Below are positions 29,413 through 40,005 of a DNA stretch of 64,000 bases, in pieces; within the stretch, counting starts at the first letter, position 1; every line of letters starts with the position of its first letter. The position numbers and the translations under genes were made by a program. The stretch is from contig DUVQ01000009.1 of assembly GCA_012840965.1 (NCBI GenBank), positions 10,694 through 74,693 of the forward strand, read 5' to 3'. The notes under the pieces were generated by a model that ran no database searches, had not been told where the DNA came from, and worked only from the letters and a program-made list of their open reading frames with translations. The DNA comes from Oligoflexales bacterium. Its GTDB lineage: Bacteria > Myxococcota_A > UBA9042 > DTJE01.

Positions 29413-30489
29413 TTAGGCATCTGGAGTGATGCATACCTTAGTTTCGGGGTCGCACTTCGCACCTGCCCCTTCACAATCAGCAGCTTCCGCTAAACTGCCA
29501 TCAGTGCAGATCCGAATTTGGTCGCCGACACACACGTTTTCGGTGCAGTCTGTGCAATCTATTGCGTCACCCTCTACAGAGCCGCAGACCTTTCCATCTG
29601 CACACTCAGTTGGAAGTGCCAAGACGCCATCGTTTCCACACAATTGAATCTTGGTCACATCATCATCAACACAGGCATTATCCTCACATTCTGGAACACA
29701 AACCTTCTCTAAGGGATCACACACAAAAGCAACCCCCGGATATTCCTCCTCATTGGTTTCACAAACGACAGCTTCTGCCAAAACGCCAGTGTCTGTGTCA
29801 CAAATGCGAATCTTAGTTACATCTTCAGCATCGCACACGTTTTCAGTGCAATCCTCAACAACTTCCTTACAGGCGGTGCCTTCCTCGTTGCACTCCTTGG
29901 GATCGCAGTCAGTCACGGCCGGGGCCTCGCCCTCTACGCAGGTGGTTAAAACGCCATCTTCGCAAGAAGTCTTGGTCTCGGTGCATGTCTCCACTACTTC
30001 TTTGCACCCAGTGCCTTCCTCGTTGCACTCCTTGGGATCGCAGTCGGATACGACTGGGTCCTTATCCTTCTCACACACCGTCAAAACGCCATCTTCGCAA
30101 GAAGTCTTGGTCTCGACGCATTTGTCGGTAGCAACTACTTTGCAGCCTGTGCCTTCAGCATTGCACTCCTTGGGGTCGCAGTCAGTCACAGCCGGGTCCT
30201 TACCTTCCTCGCACACGGTTAAAACGCCATCTGTGCAAGAAGTCTTAGTCTCGGTGCACTTTTCTGTGACAACTTCCTTACAGGCAGTTCCAGCTTCGTT
30301 GCACTCACCTGACGCACAGTCAGTCCTAACAGGGTCCTTGTCTTGTTCACATGTCACCAACACGCCATCTATACATGTGGTGGAATTGATGAGACATTTG
30401 CCGTCGGCTGGGTCGACGGGGTCATCACCACAGGCAAATGTGCCTAGTGATATGCCAAACACGACGATAAAAAGTAGTAAACGTTTCAT
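29413..30489 (-). CDS. Cys-rich repeat lipoprotein
   Basis: GGAGG RBS; TFAC lipobox; about four 44-46 aa units of CxETKTSCxDGVLTxCE..DCDPKECNxEGTxCK with close DNA identity. Confidence 0.8.
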   Translation of the reverse strand: MKRLLLFIVVFGISLGTFACGDDPVDPADGKCLINSTTCIDGVLVTCEQDKDPVRTDCASGECNEAGTACKEVVTEKCTETKTSCTDGVLTVCEEGKDPAVTDCDPKECNAEGTGCKVVATDKCVETKTSCEDGVLTVCEKDKDPVVSDCDPKECNEEGTGCKEVVETCTETKTSCEDGVLTTCVEGEAPAVTDCDPKECNEEGTACKEVVEDCTENVCDAEDVTKIRICDTDTGVLAEAVVCETNEEEYPGVAFVCDPLEKVCVPECEDNACVDDDVTKIQLCGNDGVLALPTECADGKVCGSVEGDAIDCTDCTENVCVGDQIRICTDGSLAEAADCEGAGAKCDPETKVCITPDA

Positions 30490-30636
30490 GATCAAAACCT
30501 CCAATAACAAGTTAAAAACGATTGACCATCGCAGAAAGTCTATGAATCGGAAAAGCGCTTTGCAAATCCACGACAAAAAAAGTCGCATTTCTCCAGAATA
30601 ACAGTCGTCGGAAGCGAGGTTCGGTATGAAAATTAT

Positions 30637-32145
30637 CTAATGATTTTCACCCAAAAACTTGAAGATTCTCAGTGACTTATCAACGCGAGCCGCCCACGCG
30701 GCCTCATTGTGTAGAGCACCTGGTTCGTGCCAATGATATAAATCCTTTTGATATTCATATCCCATCGCCGCCAAGGCATCAGCGAATGCTCTGGTGGCAC
30801 AATAGTTGTCGCGCTCGTTTTCGTCCTCATGGGCGTCTTGTGGGCCTGTAGAGCAACCTGAGCCCTCACCGCCGCCAGAATCAACGTAGACAATAAAGTC
30901 GCGTTTCCCAACCTCGACGTACAGTTGTTGCATTGTTGGTTGGTCTAATTCAAATCGCCCCCAAGCCAAAGTTCCTGAAAGAGAGGCTGCAAATGCATAG
31001 TCGTCAGGGTACAGGTGGGCTATGTAAAGGCTAATTAGACCTCCTAAAGATGACCCCATAAGACCGCGTAAGTCCTTGGTAGCAAAGTGGCTTTCAACAA
31101 ACGGACGCACATCTTTTTGGATAAAATCAGCGTAAGCGTCGCCTTTGGCATGCCATACCCTGCCCAAAACTTTGTCGTCGACATGGATGTATTCCTCCAT
31201 GCGATCATCGGTGTTGTCGACGCCAACGATCAGAAAATTGCCTTGGATTGCGCTCATGGCCTCACGCAGTTTCCACCCACCTCCAATGGCATCAGGTGCA
31301 AACAGGTTTTGCCCATCATGTGCATACAGAACAGCCCAAGGACCTGCCATTGCTGGGACATAGACTCTGATGTCACGAGCTTCAAGCCCTTGACCAGATA
31401 GAAACCGAAAACGTTGTAAGTGCGCCGTTTGTGGCGCTGTAACAAAGCTGATTTCACCGTGTTCATCGTATTGATGGGCCCGCGCCCATGGATCGGCTAT
31501 GTAGGTGTCTTCATAGGTGTTTTCTTTAACGAATTTATAGCCTGACCCAATTGGATTGGGGATGCTAACTTCAATGTGCCACAAATCATCGCCACTCTTG
31601 GTCATGGCTTGTTTTTGCCAGTTGTTGAAGTCCCCAGCAACAAACCATGGGCCATCAAAGTGTCGGTGTAAAAACAGATAGTTTCCATCCCTACATTTAA
31701 TTGGAAACCCGGTGCCATGTGAGATCTGGATGAAAGCTTGATCGACATCAACGCTGCCAGCGATGGCGGCCCTGGCCCAGTATTCAGCATCCTTGGGCTC
31801 CTGGGTTTCAGGGGTGTCTAAGTCAGAAGCGTCTGAATCTGGGGCATCTAAATCAAGGTCATTGGCGCCTATTTCATCCGTGGGTACGGAATCAGGCGAG
31901 TTTTCATCTGTTTCTGCAAGGGTGTCCACGTCTGCGTCGCCTTGAACGTCATCGGCTTTGGAATCAGAAACTATATCCACGTCTGCGTTGCCTAGATCAC
32001 TATCACTTTGGTAATCAATAATAATGTCGAGGTCTACCCTGCTGCCTGAACCTTCGTCTGCTTGGGAATCAGATGGCCCAGATGAACACGCGCTTACTGC
32101 GGCTACCAAAGCGATCCACAAAACCAATTTTAGTCGCCCAATCAA
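30637..32145 (-). CDS. Lipoprotein esterase (alpha/beta hydrolase) with a CBM48-like domain
   Basis: VSAC lipobox; VAGDFNNW..YKFV..DPW; LYAHDGQNLF; GSSLGG; HNEAAWAAR. Confidence 0.87.
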   Translation of the reverse strand: MIGRLKLVLWIALVAAVSACSSGPSDSQADEGSGSRVDLDIIIDYQSDSDLGNADVDIVSDSKADDVQGDADVDTLAETDENSPDSVPTDEIGANDLDLDAPDSDASDLDTPETQEPKDAEYWARAAIAGSVDVDQAFIQISHGTGFPIKCRDGNYLFLHRHFDGPWFVAGDFNNWQKQAMTKSGDDLWHIEVSIPNPIGSGYKFVKENTYEDTYIADPWARAHQYDEHGEISFVTAPQTAHLQRFRFLSGQGLEARDIRVYVPAMAGPWAVLYAHDGQNLFAPDAIGGGWKLREAMSAIQGNFLIVGVDNTDDRMEEYIHVDDKVLGRVWHAKGDAYADFIQKDVRPFVESHFATKDLRGLMGSSLGGLISLYIAHLYPDDYAFAASLSGTLAWGRFELDQPTMQQLYVEVGKRDFIVYVDSGGGEGSGCSTGPQDAHEDENERDNYCATRAFADALAAMGYEYQKDLYHWHEPGALHNEAAWAARVDKSLRIFKFLGENH

Positions 32146-32200
32146 TGAAAATCCCCTGTCTTGCCAGGTCTACACAGCAAAACCGCCCCAAACCAGAGCC

Positions 32201-34536
32201 CTATCGGCATACACCAGCAGGACTACACGTTCCATTATTACACGGCCCATTGTTTAGATTAAAACCCCAATTCCCAAAATCAAGATCCCTGCAATAACAG
32301 TTTAAATTCAAGGTAGAACCAGAATATGTCCCAACACAGACCTTGGAACCGTCAGTCGGGATATCGCACTCTCCGCACTCTTCAAAACACGCTGGATATG
32401 GATAGTCAGGCCGAATCTCCCAACCCTTGATAGTCCCCCCAGTACAAGTCAAGTTGCCGCTAGTACACCCACCTGAATTACACGGCGCGGAGGCCTCGCA
32501 CGCTGGATATTCCAGATGATTATTCGGGCAACGGCACATGCAGCCAGTAGAACGTGCCTTGCCATCGCAGGCAGTACCGTCTTTATCACGGCAGGATTTG
32601 GTGGGCGCGTAGTATTCGCATGCCGCCTGACTGCATACACATTGTGAATCCTTGCAGTTGTAACCCCGGGGGCACTGATTCCCACAGCCACTGCAATGAT
32701 TCCGGTCACTTGAGATATTTACACAAACCCCACCGCAGTTGATCAAACCGCTGGGACACTGGCAATTACCGTTGACGCAAGTCTCTAAATGACTACAAAC
32801 CCTGCCACACTGGCCGCAGTTTTGCGTATCTGAAGAAAGATCAATGCACGTACGGGCGCAACAGCTCTTACCGGGATCGCACTTGAACCCGCAACTACCA
32901 CAGTTATTGTTGTTTTTCGTAATATCCGTACAGTTGCCTGAACAACAATCAGAACCTGAGACACACGAATTGCGACAGCTGCCGCAATTCATGCGATCCG
33001 TTAGCAAATTGACACAATTACCTTTGCAACAAGTTTGACCTGAAGAACAAAATGTGCCGCAACTACCGCAGTTATTGTTACTGGTCATCACATCAGCGCA
33101 CGTGCCACTGCAGCATAACTCGTCTGGGCCGCAGGCATTACCACAAGTGCCGCAATTATCTACGTCTGATGATTTCAGCACGCACTCACCACTGCAGCAG
33201 CTATAGCCAGTAGGGCATTTTCTGCCGCAAGTGCCGCAGTTGTTGACATCATTTTCAGTATCTTCACACCCACTAAGACAGCAAGTTTGACCAGCACCAC
33301 ACCCCGAGCCGCTCCCGCACTTACACACGCCATTGTCGCAAATCTCGCCAGGACGGCATTTTTTCTCACAAGCGCCACAGTTATTGACATCAACCCCGTT
33401 AACCCTGACACACCGAAGGTTGCAACACGATTCACCCGAAAGGCAATTTCTTCCACAACTACCGCAACTGTCTTGTGTATTCAAAGGCGTCTCACAACCA
33501 TTGCCATGGGAGCCATCGCAATCACCCCACCCCTGGTTGCATCCCAGAAGTTTACAATCGCCAGTAGCACAGGTCGCCGTTGCATTGTCAAACTGACACA
33601 AAACCCCACAACCGCCGCAATTCTCGACGGAATGTAAATCCACCTCACAGCCGTTATCTGGATTGCCATCACAATCATCCCAACCCCAATTGCACTGGGA
33701 AAGCTCGCATTCACCCGAATCGCAAGTCGCCGTTGCATTGTCAATCCAACACGCTTTTGAACAACCGCCACAATTCGTTAACGTGTTTAAAGGCGTCTCA
33801 CAGCCATTGATGACCACGCCGTCACAATCACCCCAATTAGCATCGCAACTAAGCTCGCATTTCCCCTGATTGCAGACTGGCGTCGCATTAGCCTGTTTTG
33901 GACAAACAATCCCACAGGAACCGCAGTTTTCGACCAAACTCAAATCAGCTTCGCAACCAGTCGCAAAATCCGTGTCGCAATCGCCCCACCCTTCGGCACA
34001 TTGCGAAATCTTACATTCCCCACGATCACAAATAGGCGTCCCGTGCTCTACCTCGCACTCAACGCATTCAGGCCCACAACGCTCAGCTTCCTCTGAAACG
34101 CAACCACCTAGCCCAACCCACTCATCTTCGCGACCACACGGAGCTTCACCCGGACGACAATCGCATTGCCCATCAACACAGGTCCCATCACCACAATTCG
34201 TCCAACACTGTCCGCAATGCCTTGTGGACGTGGTCAAATCCACACATTTGGTCCCACAAACGACCTTCCCATCCTCATCGCAAACTTGCCCCTCACAGTC
34301 CTCACCCTCACAATCCATTGGCATGGCGTCATCATGATTATCGTCACTGACTTCGTTGTCCTCGCCAGGCCTATCCTTCCCAGAATCCACCCCCCAGCCC
34401 TATCATCAGTCGGGGCCTGCAAAGAATCGCCACCATCCCCCATAGAATCTAGCTGCCCTTTGACAGAACTTGAACCACAAGCCAAGAAAAAGCCCGCCAT
34501 CACAGCCAACACAAAAATACCACGAAATTTATGCAC
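32201..34536 (-). pseudogene. Cys-rich (NCGxCG repeat) myxobacterial-type surface lipoprotein frameshifted at a G6 run
   Basis: The signal/lipobox frame (GTG 34536, FFLAC) is separated from the 729-aa repeat ORF by a one-base shift at C6 34390-34395. Could be a sequencing error. Confidence 0.75.
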
Positions 34537-34684
34537 CCAAACCTCCAAAGGGCCAGTCCTAGTCAAGGATTCTAGCATTTAAGGCAACCATATCCCACCT
34601 CAAACACCCCCTTCACCCCAAGTTCCCGGAATTGGCGCCTAGTCGATGTGTGAGAATGGTGGCTTTGGGATGGCAATCTAGTCG

Positions 34685-34712
34685 TTGACGTTGATGAACT
34701 GGAGTGTATATT
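34685..34712 (+). promoter_or_regulatory. Putative promoter of the SIR2-TPR gene
   Basis: TTGACG, 16 bp ending in TG, TATATT. Confidence 0.4.
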
Positions 34713-34761
34713 TGTCATTGGTACTAGATGGCTGGATTGGCACTGCGGTGAGGAAAATAGA

Positions 34762-36789
34762 ATGGAGATTCCTTTAGGACTACAAAAGGCGATAAAGGAC
34801 AACAGGTTAGTAGTATTTGTTGGTGCAGGACTATCATATGAGCTCAAAAACTCACAAGGCAAAAAATTAGGAGGTTGGGTCAACCTAGTCGCACATATTA
34901 TAGAAGAACTAGAGAGAAAAGGACATGATGTCGCTTACTTACAACCAGTACTTAGTAAGCATGACCCAACAGCCGCACTCGCTCTCATTGAGTCTCGAAT
35001 TGAACCTCCAAATAACGAGTTATCAAAGGACGAAATCTATCGAATTGTCAGGTCTTTTTACGAACTAAGTGACGAAAACGAGTATTCTCTGCATAAAAAG
35101 GTACTTAAGCTAACTAACAGAGTCATCACTACGAACTATGACACAGCGTTTGAAGAGGTCGAACCTCGATTTAGAGGATACAAGGCATACAAAGGAAAAG
35201 ACCATGAGTTAAGAGAACTCGTGGAAAATGATAATAACGGATTCTTGATCAAGTTACATGGTTGTTCTGAAAACACCGGTTCCATGATTTTGTTTCCATC
35301 TGACTACAAAAAGCTTTACGAAAGCAAAGAAAGAGATGCTCTGCATTTATTAACGGTCTTGAGGACCATCATACTGCACAAAACAATTCTCTTTTTAGGC
35401 TTTAAACTAGATGAACCCCAGATAAATGGCATCTTCAAAGAGATAGAGTACATACAAGGTACAAAAGACCAAAGGCATTTTGTTGTTGCAAGGAAGGAGT
35501 CAACGGGCAATCCACCAGACTGTGTTGGATCGATTGTTAACATCTCTATTGAGGACTTCATTAATGAGCTTATTAGAATTAAAGAAACTCAAACAAGTAC
35601 GGATCCAGAAAAAAGAAGGCTAGAGGAGCAACTTAAAGCAGCTTCAAAAAAAATTGCCGAATTAGAAAAACAGCCTTCTTACCAAGAAGAACTCGCTGAA
35701 AAGACAAGACTTTTAGAAAGAGAGGCCTATAAATATTACATAAAAGGAGTGGAGTACAGTTTATCAAATGAATTCTCATTGGCCGCAGAACAGTATGAAA
35801 TGGCAACTGAATTAAAACCAGACTTTCACGAAGCCTTCAATAATTGGGGATATGCTTTACGAGAGCTAGCAGAAACCAAGCAAGGAAAAGAGAGAGATGA
35901 CTTGTATAAACAAGCCTTACAAAAGTACGAAAAAGCAATTGACATAGAATCCGATGCTTATGAAGCCTTTTATAACTTGGGAAATGCTTTACAAGAGCTA
36001 GCGAAAACCAAAGAAGGAAAAGAGGCCGATGAGCTGTACAAACAAGCCTTCGAAAAGTACAAAAATGCAATTGACATAAAACCAGACTATCATGGAGCCT
36101 TCAATAACTGGGGAAATGCTTTACAAGAGCTAGCAGAAACCAAAGAAGGAAAAGAAAGAGATGACTTGTATAAACAAGCCTTACAAAAGTACGAAAAAGC
36201 AACTGAATTAAAACCAAACGATCATGGAGTCTTGAACAACTGGGCAATTGCTTTACAAGCGCTAGCGAGTACCAAAGAAGGAAAAGAAGCCGATAGACTC
36301 TACAAACAAGCCTTGCAAAAGTACGAAAAAGCAACTGAGATAAAGCCAGACGATCATGGAGTCTTTTATAACTGGGGATATGCTTTACAAGCGCTAGCAG
36401 AAACCAAAGAAGGAAAAGAAGCCGATAGACTCTACAAACAAGCCTTGCAAAAGTACGAAAAAGCAACTGAGATAAAGCCAGACGATCATGAAGTCTTGAA
36501 CAATTGGGGAATTGCTTTACAAGCACTAGCAGAAACCAAAGAAGGAAAAGAGGCAGATGAACTGTACAAACAAGCCTTACAAAAGTTCGAAAAAGCAAGT
36601 GAATTAAAACCAGACGATCATGAAGTCTTGGACAACTGGGAAAATGTTTTACGAGCCCTAGCAAAAACCAAAGAAGGAAAAGAGGCCGATAGACTGTTCA
36701 TACAAGCCTTGGAAGCATATGAACGAGCCTTGGAGAGGTACAAAAAGGCAACTGGGGCAGTTTGGATATCCGTTTTTGATCATGATTGA
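34762..36789 (+). CDS. SIR2-like (SIR2_2) domain protein with coiled coil and tandem TPR-like repeats
   Basis: VFVGAGLS, VITTNYD, LIKLHGC and LFLGF are SIR2_2 motifs; the C-terminal half is repeats; visibly AT-rich. Confidence 0.88.
   Translation: MEIPLGLQKAIKDNRLVVFVGAGLSYELKNSQGKKLGGWVNLVAHIIEELERKGHDVAYLQPVLSKHDPTAALALIESRIEPPNNELSKDEIYRIVRSFYELSDENEYSLHKKVLKLTNRVITTNYDTAFEEVEPRFRGYKAYKGKDHELRELVENDNNGFLIKLHGCSENTGSMILFPSDYKKLYESKERDALHLLTVLRTIILHKTILFLGFKLDEPQINGIFKEIEYIQGTKDQRHFVVARKESTGNPPDCVGSIVNISIEDFINELIRIKETQTSTDPEKRRLEEQLKAASKKIAELEKQPSYQEELAEKTRLLEREAYKYYIKGVEYSLSNEFSLAAEQYEMATELKPDFHEAFNNWGYALRELAETKQGKERDDLYKQALQKYEKAIDIESDAYEAFYNLGNALQELAKTKEGKEADELYKQAFEKYKNAIDIKPDYHGAFNNWGNALQELAETKEGKERDDLYKQALQKYEKATELKPNDHGVLNNWAIALQALASTKEGKEADRLYKQALQKYEKATEIKPDDHGVFYNWGYALQALAETKEGKEADRLYKQALQKYEKATEIKPDDHEVLNNWGIALQALAETKEGKEADELYKQALQKFEKASELKPDDHEVLDNWENVLRALAKTKEGKEADRLFIQALEAYERALERYKKATGAVWISVFDHD
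35815..36738 (+). repeat. Seven tandem 132-bp (44-aa) repeats
   Basis: Units start at 35815, 35947 and so on; shared core aaaccaaagaaggaaaaga...tacaaacaagcc...aaagtacgaaaaagcaa. Confidence 0.92.
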
Positions 36790-36983
36790 TGCCATCACAC
36801 CAGCTACTTTTGTGGGGCTGTAAGGTGCTGTCTGCCGTTGCCGCTCCCAATTGCTGAAACTCCTTACTAGCCTTACCCTCTGATTAGACAGGAAATTAAA
36901 AATAATTCTTTGACAAGATAGCCAATAATAATTATCAAAATAGTCAGGGTTTGTTTTTTAACACTTTTTCCAAGGAGGAAATC

Positions 36984-37427
36984 ATGGCTGTTATGAATGC
37001 GGTGGGTAAAGCGGTTTTGGATATGGGACCTGGTATGAAGGTTACCTGTGAGTCTCGGAAGATGCAGTTTGTGCTGGACGAGCCGCCGGAGCTTGGTGGC
37101 ACCAATTTGGGGATGAATCCGGTGGAGGCTTTGCTCAATTCTCTGGCTGCTTGTAAGTGCATTGTGGCAAAATGCTTTGCTAAGGCAAATGGGGTCGAGC
37201 TGGAGGGGCTTACCGTTTCTTGTAAGGGGGTGCTGGATCCTGATGGATTTATGGGCATCAATCCTGATGTCAAGATTGGTTTTTCCGAAATTACAACGAC
37301 TTACAACTTTAAAACGTCGTCACCAAAAGACAAGGTTGACGCCCTTGTCAAGTACATTGAATCACACTGCCCAGTGCACGACACACTTGTCAATCCTGCA
37401 AAGTTCAAATGCGTTGTGAAAGTCTAA
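36984..37427 (+). CDS. OsmC/Ohr family protein
   Basis: DEPPELGGTNLGMNPVEALLNSLAAC...HCPVHDTL; AAGGAGG RBS. Confidence 0.92.
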   Translation: MAVMNAVGKAVLDMGPGMKVTCESRKMQFVLDEPPELGGTNLGMNPVEALLNSLAACKCIVAKCFAKANGVELEGLTVSCKGVLDPDGFMGINPDVKIGFSEITTTYNFKTSSPKDKVDALVKYIESHCPVHDTLVNPAKFKCVVKV

Positions 37428-37523
37428 GCCTTCCTAAAATTACACCACGCCCAGCTAAAACAGTTCAATAATTCATCTATTGGTGATAACCTCCCACTGC
37501 TTTTGAATCCTTATGGGGGAAAA

Positions 37524-38687
37524 ATGGCTCAAAAAGAATCGTGTTCAAAATCAAGATGTTGGCTAATTGGCTTGGTGGCCGCACTATTATTTCTTCCAGT
37601 TGTATTGAATGGTTGGCCACAGGTGTTTAAAAACTGGGGAGTCTGCTCAAGGGTGAGCTCTCACCTCAAAAATTCCGACGCCGCGTTCGCCGAGGGAGAC
37701 TACGGTCTTGCAATGGCCGAGGCTAACCGTGCTAGACAATTGGAGCCCCAAAACGCAGCTGCCCAAAACCGCGTATCTAGGGCCAGGATATTCCTTTTAG
37801 GGTGGAATCCTGAAGGACTGGCTAACATGGATATTGGCGAGCTGAAGGCAGATATAGCTATTGTTGAAAAGGCGTTTGCCGCGGATAAGGCAACGGTGAC
37901 CGCGTTTAAGGGCATGTTGGCGTACGCCCAAGCTGCTAGAGATGAGGCAGACAAGCACTTTAACGCAGCCTTGGCACTTGATGGAAACAATGGACTTGCC
38001 CACTTTGGCCTTGCGGTTGCACTATTGAACCAAAGGGAGATAGACCAAAACTTGGTGGAGCATCTGAAGGTGGCCCTTGAAGCTCGCCCCAACCAGGCGG
38101 ATCTTCACGTATTTATGGGCAACACTATGCAAACTTTGGGGGATTTAAAGGCCGCCGAGGAGGCCTATGCTAAGGCGACTGCCATAAGGGCCAATACAGT
38201 TTGGCTGACAAAGCTTGCCCGAGTCCAGATGATGCAAAATGAAGCAGAAAAGGCCGTCTTGTCAGCCCAAAAAGCCCTGATGGCTGATGAAAACAACCAG
38301 GCCGCGTGGCTGATTCTTGGGCAGTCGTTTTTAGCTGGCAAGAAGCACCAGGAGGCCATTGGGGCCCTGCAACATGCCCTAAGCATGCAAGAAAACCAGG
38401 ATGTTTTATTTAATCTGGGTCTAGCCTACAACTCCGCTCAGCTATACTCCGAGGCGTTGCCGGTCTTCAACCGAATGGTTCAGGCAGGAAACCGTGATCC
38501 AGTGGTTATGTCTGAGCTTGCAATCGCATTAGAGGGCACTAACAACGTTCCAGAGGCAGTCAAGATATATACAGCCCTGGTCCAGATGACTCACCCTCAA
38601 CCAGAATCGCCCCAAGGAATGGCTCTGGCCCAAATAGTTGAGCGTGCAAAGAACCGTCTAGCGGCCCTTCAGGGTGGCGGGCAATAG
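37524..38687 (+). CDS. Membrane-anchored TPR protein
   Basis: N-terminal hydrophobic helix; several TPR-like units (AHFGLA, AWLILG, VLFNLGLAY). Confidence 0.82.
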   Translation: MAQKESCSKSRCWLIGLVAALLFLPVVLNGWPQVFKNWGVCSRVSSHLKNSDAAFAEGDYGLAMAEANRARQLEPQNAAAQNRVSRARIFLLGWNPEGLANMDIGELKADIAIVEKAFAADKATVTAFKGMLAYAQAARDEADKHFNAALALDGNNGLAHFGLAVALLNQREIDQNLVEHLKVALEARPNQADLHVFMGNTMQTLGDLKAAEEAYAKATAIRANTVWLTKLARVQMMQNEAEKAVLSAQKALMADENNQAAWLILGQSFLAGKKHQEAIGALQHALSMQENQDVLFNLGLAYNSAQLYSEALPVFNRMVQAGNRDPVVMSELAIALEGTNNVPEAVKIYTALVQMTHPQPESPQGMALAQIVERAKNRLAALQGGGQ

Positions 38688-38698
38688 AACGGGCAGGT

Positions 38699-39094
38699 TT
38701 AATCAGCAACTGTATTTACTGTAATCTCAGGCGGGTTCACCAAGGCCCGTTTCACGGCACATAGCTCCGCGGATTTCTCAAGAGCCCTGTGATATTTTTC
38801 AGGAAAGTCGGCTGGCACATGTACCTTCAGGTCGATTTTGGCCATACGTCTTTCAGCGTGGTCATAACGCATTTCCTGGGTCAGGTAGACGCCTTCAGTT
38901 GGCAGGCCATGGTTTTTACAAAAGCTCAAAACGTAGATACCAGCACACGTCCCGATGGAGGCCATAAACAGGGTGAATGGCTCAGGGGCCGAGCCTTCGC
39001 CACCTGAAGCAACACCTTGGTCAGTAGCAATCACTTGCTCACCCAATTGAGCGTTTACTCGCAAGCCACCTGGGAAAGTAATCTTCATTTGCAT
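38699..39094 (-). CDS. OsmC family protein
   Basis: TDQ..GGEGSAPEPFTLFMASIGTC...ELCAVK. Confidence 0.9.
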   Translation of the reverse strand: MQMKITFPGGLRVNAQLGEQVIATDQGVASGGEGSAPEPFTLFMASIGTCAGIYVLSFCKNHGLPTEGVYLTQEMRYDHAERRMAKIDLKVHVPADFPEKYHRALEKSAELCAVKRALVNPPEITVNTVAD

Positions 39095-39174
39095 TTAATC
39101 TCCTTGCCGACAAACGGCGCCCTAGCTGCGGACTAAGATGGACATTTAAGTTGGGATGGCAAGGTGGGACAGGC

Positions 39175-40005
39175 TCAGGGGCAGGAGCAGGGATCGGGGT
39201 GGAGGCATGATCGTTGGACCAATACCACCGTTATGTTGTCTGCTCCACCGGCGCTGTTGGCTGCTTCGATCAGTCGTTCGGCTCGTTGATTTAGAGAGCC
39301 TGGTCCACACAAAATATCCGAGATCTCTTTATCTTCCAGCATGTCGTTTAGACCATCGGAGCAAAACAAAAACACGTCTCCATGCTCGTAGCGCACTCGC
39401 ATGCTTTCGATGTCTGCCCGTTTTTGCAACCCAAGAGCCTTGGTAATTATGTTTCGCATTGGAAAGTCACGTTCCTGGCTCTTTGAAATCATCTGCATCT
39501 TCAGGTATTCGTTGAGCAAGGAATGGTCCTTGGTAACCGGTCGAAGTCGACCTTTTCTAAGCCGATAAAGCCGACTATCACCCGACCAGACCACAAAGAC
39601 GCTACGCCCTTGAAACATTGCTATAACTAGCGTTGTCCCCATGCCTTCATGGGCTGGGCTTGATGAACCAAGACTGAAAATCTCGCGATTAGCAAAAACA
39701 ACTGAATTAATCAGCTCCTGTTCAGGCGCCTTCAACGTCTCATCTGCCACTGACTCAGAGTGTAGCAGCTTTTTCTTAACCGCCCCCTCGACTTTACCGT
39801 CAAACCATCGCTGTATCGAATCAACACAAATACCAGAGGCCACATCCCCCTTACGATGACCTCCCATGCCATCAGCCACACCAAACAGCCCAAGATCAGG
39901 CCGAACAATATATGAGTCCTCATTTCTTGAACGTATGCGCCCAGGATTAGTCGATGCAACACCTGTATAGTCACCCTCAAGTCTGATTGTTTGAGTCTCA
40001 ATCAT
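39175..40005 (-). CDS. PP2C/Stp1 Ser/Thr phosphatase
   Basis: NED, VADGMGGH, GMGTT, GDSRLY, TKDHS, FCSDGL, GGADNITV; start overlaps the tldD stop (ATGA). Confidence 0.95.
   Translation of the reverse strand: MIETQTIRLEGDYTGVASTNPGRIRSRNEDSYIVRPDLGLFGVADGMGGHRKGDVASGICVDSIQRWFDGKVEGAVKKKLLHSESVADETLKAPEQELINSVVFANREIFSLGSSSPAHEGMGTTLVIAMFQGRSVFVVWSGDSRLYRLRKGRLRPVTKDHSLLNEYLKMQMISKSQERDFPMRNIITKALGLQKRADIESMRVRYEHGDVFLFCSDGLNDMLEDKEISDILCGPGSLNQRAERLIEAANSAGGADNITVVLVQRSCLHPDPCSCP

Noticed and set aside
29650-30601. 316-aa plus-strand ORF and other long antisense ORFs (8594-9379, 16434-17249, 60941-61705)
   Set aside because: They are shadows of well-supported genes on the opposite strand, with no recognisable motifs.
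35815-36738. Regular repeats as a CRISPR array
   Set aside because: They are in-frame 132-bp coding units with no unique spacers, and no cas genes are present.
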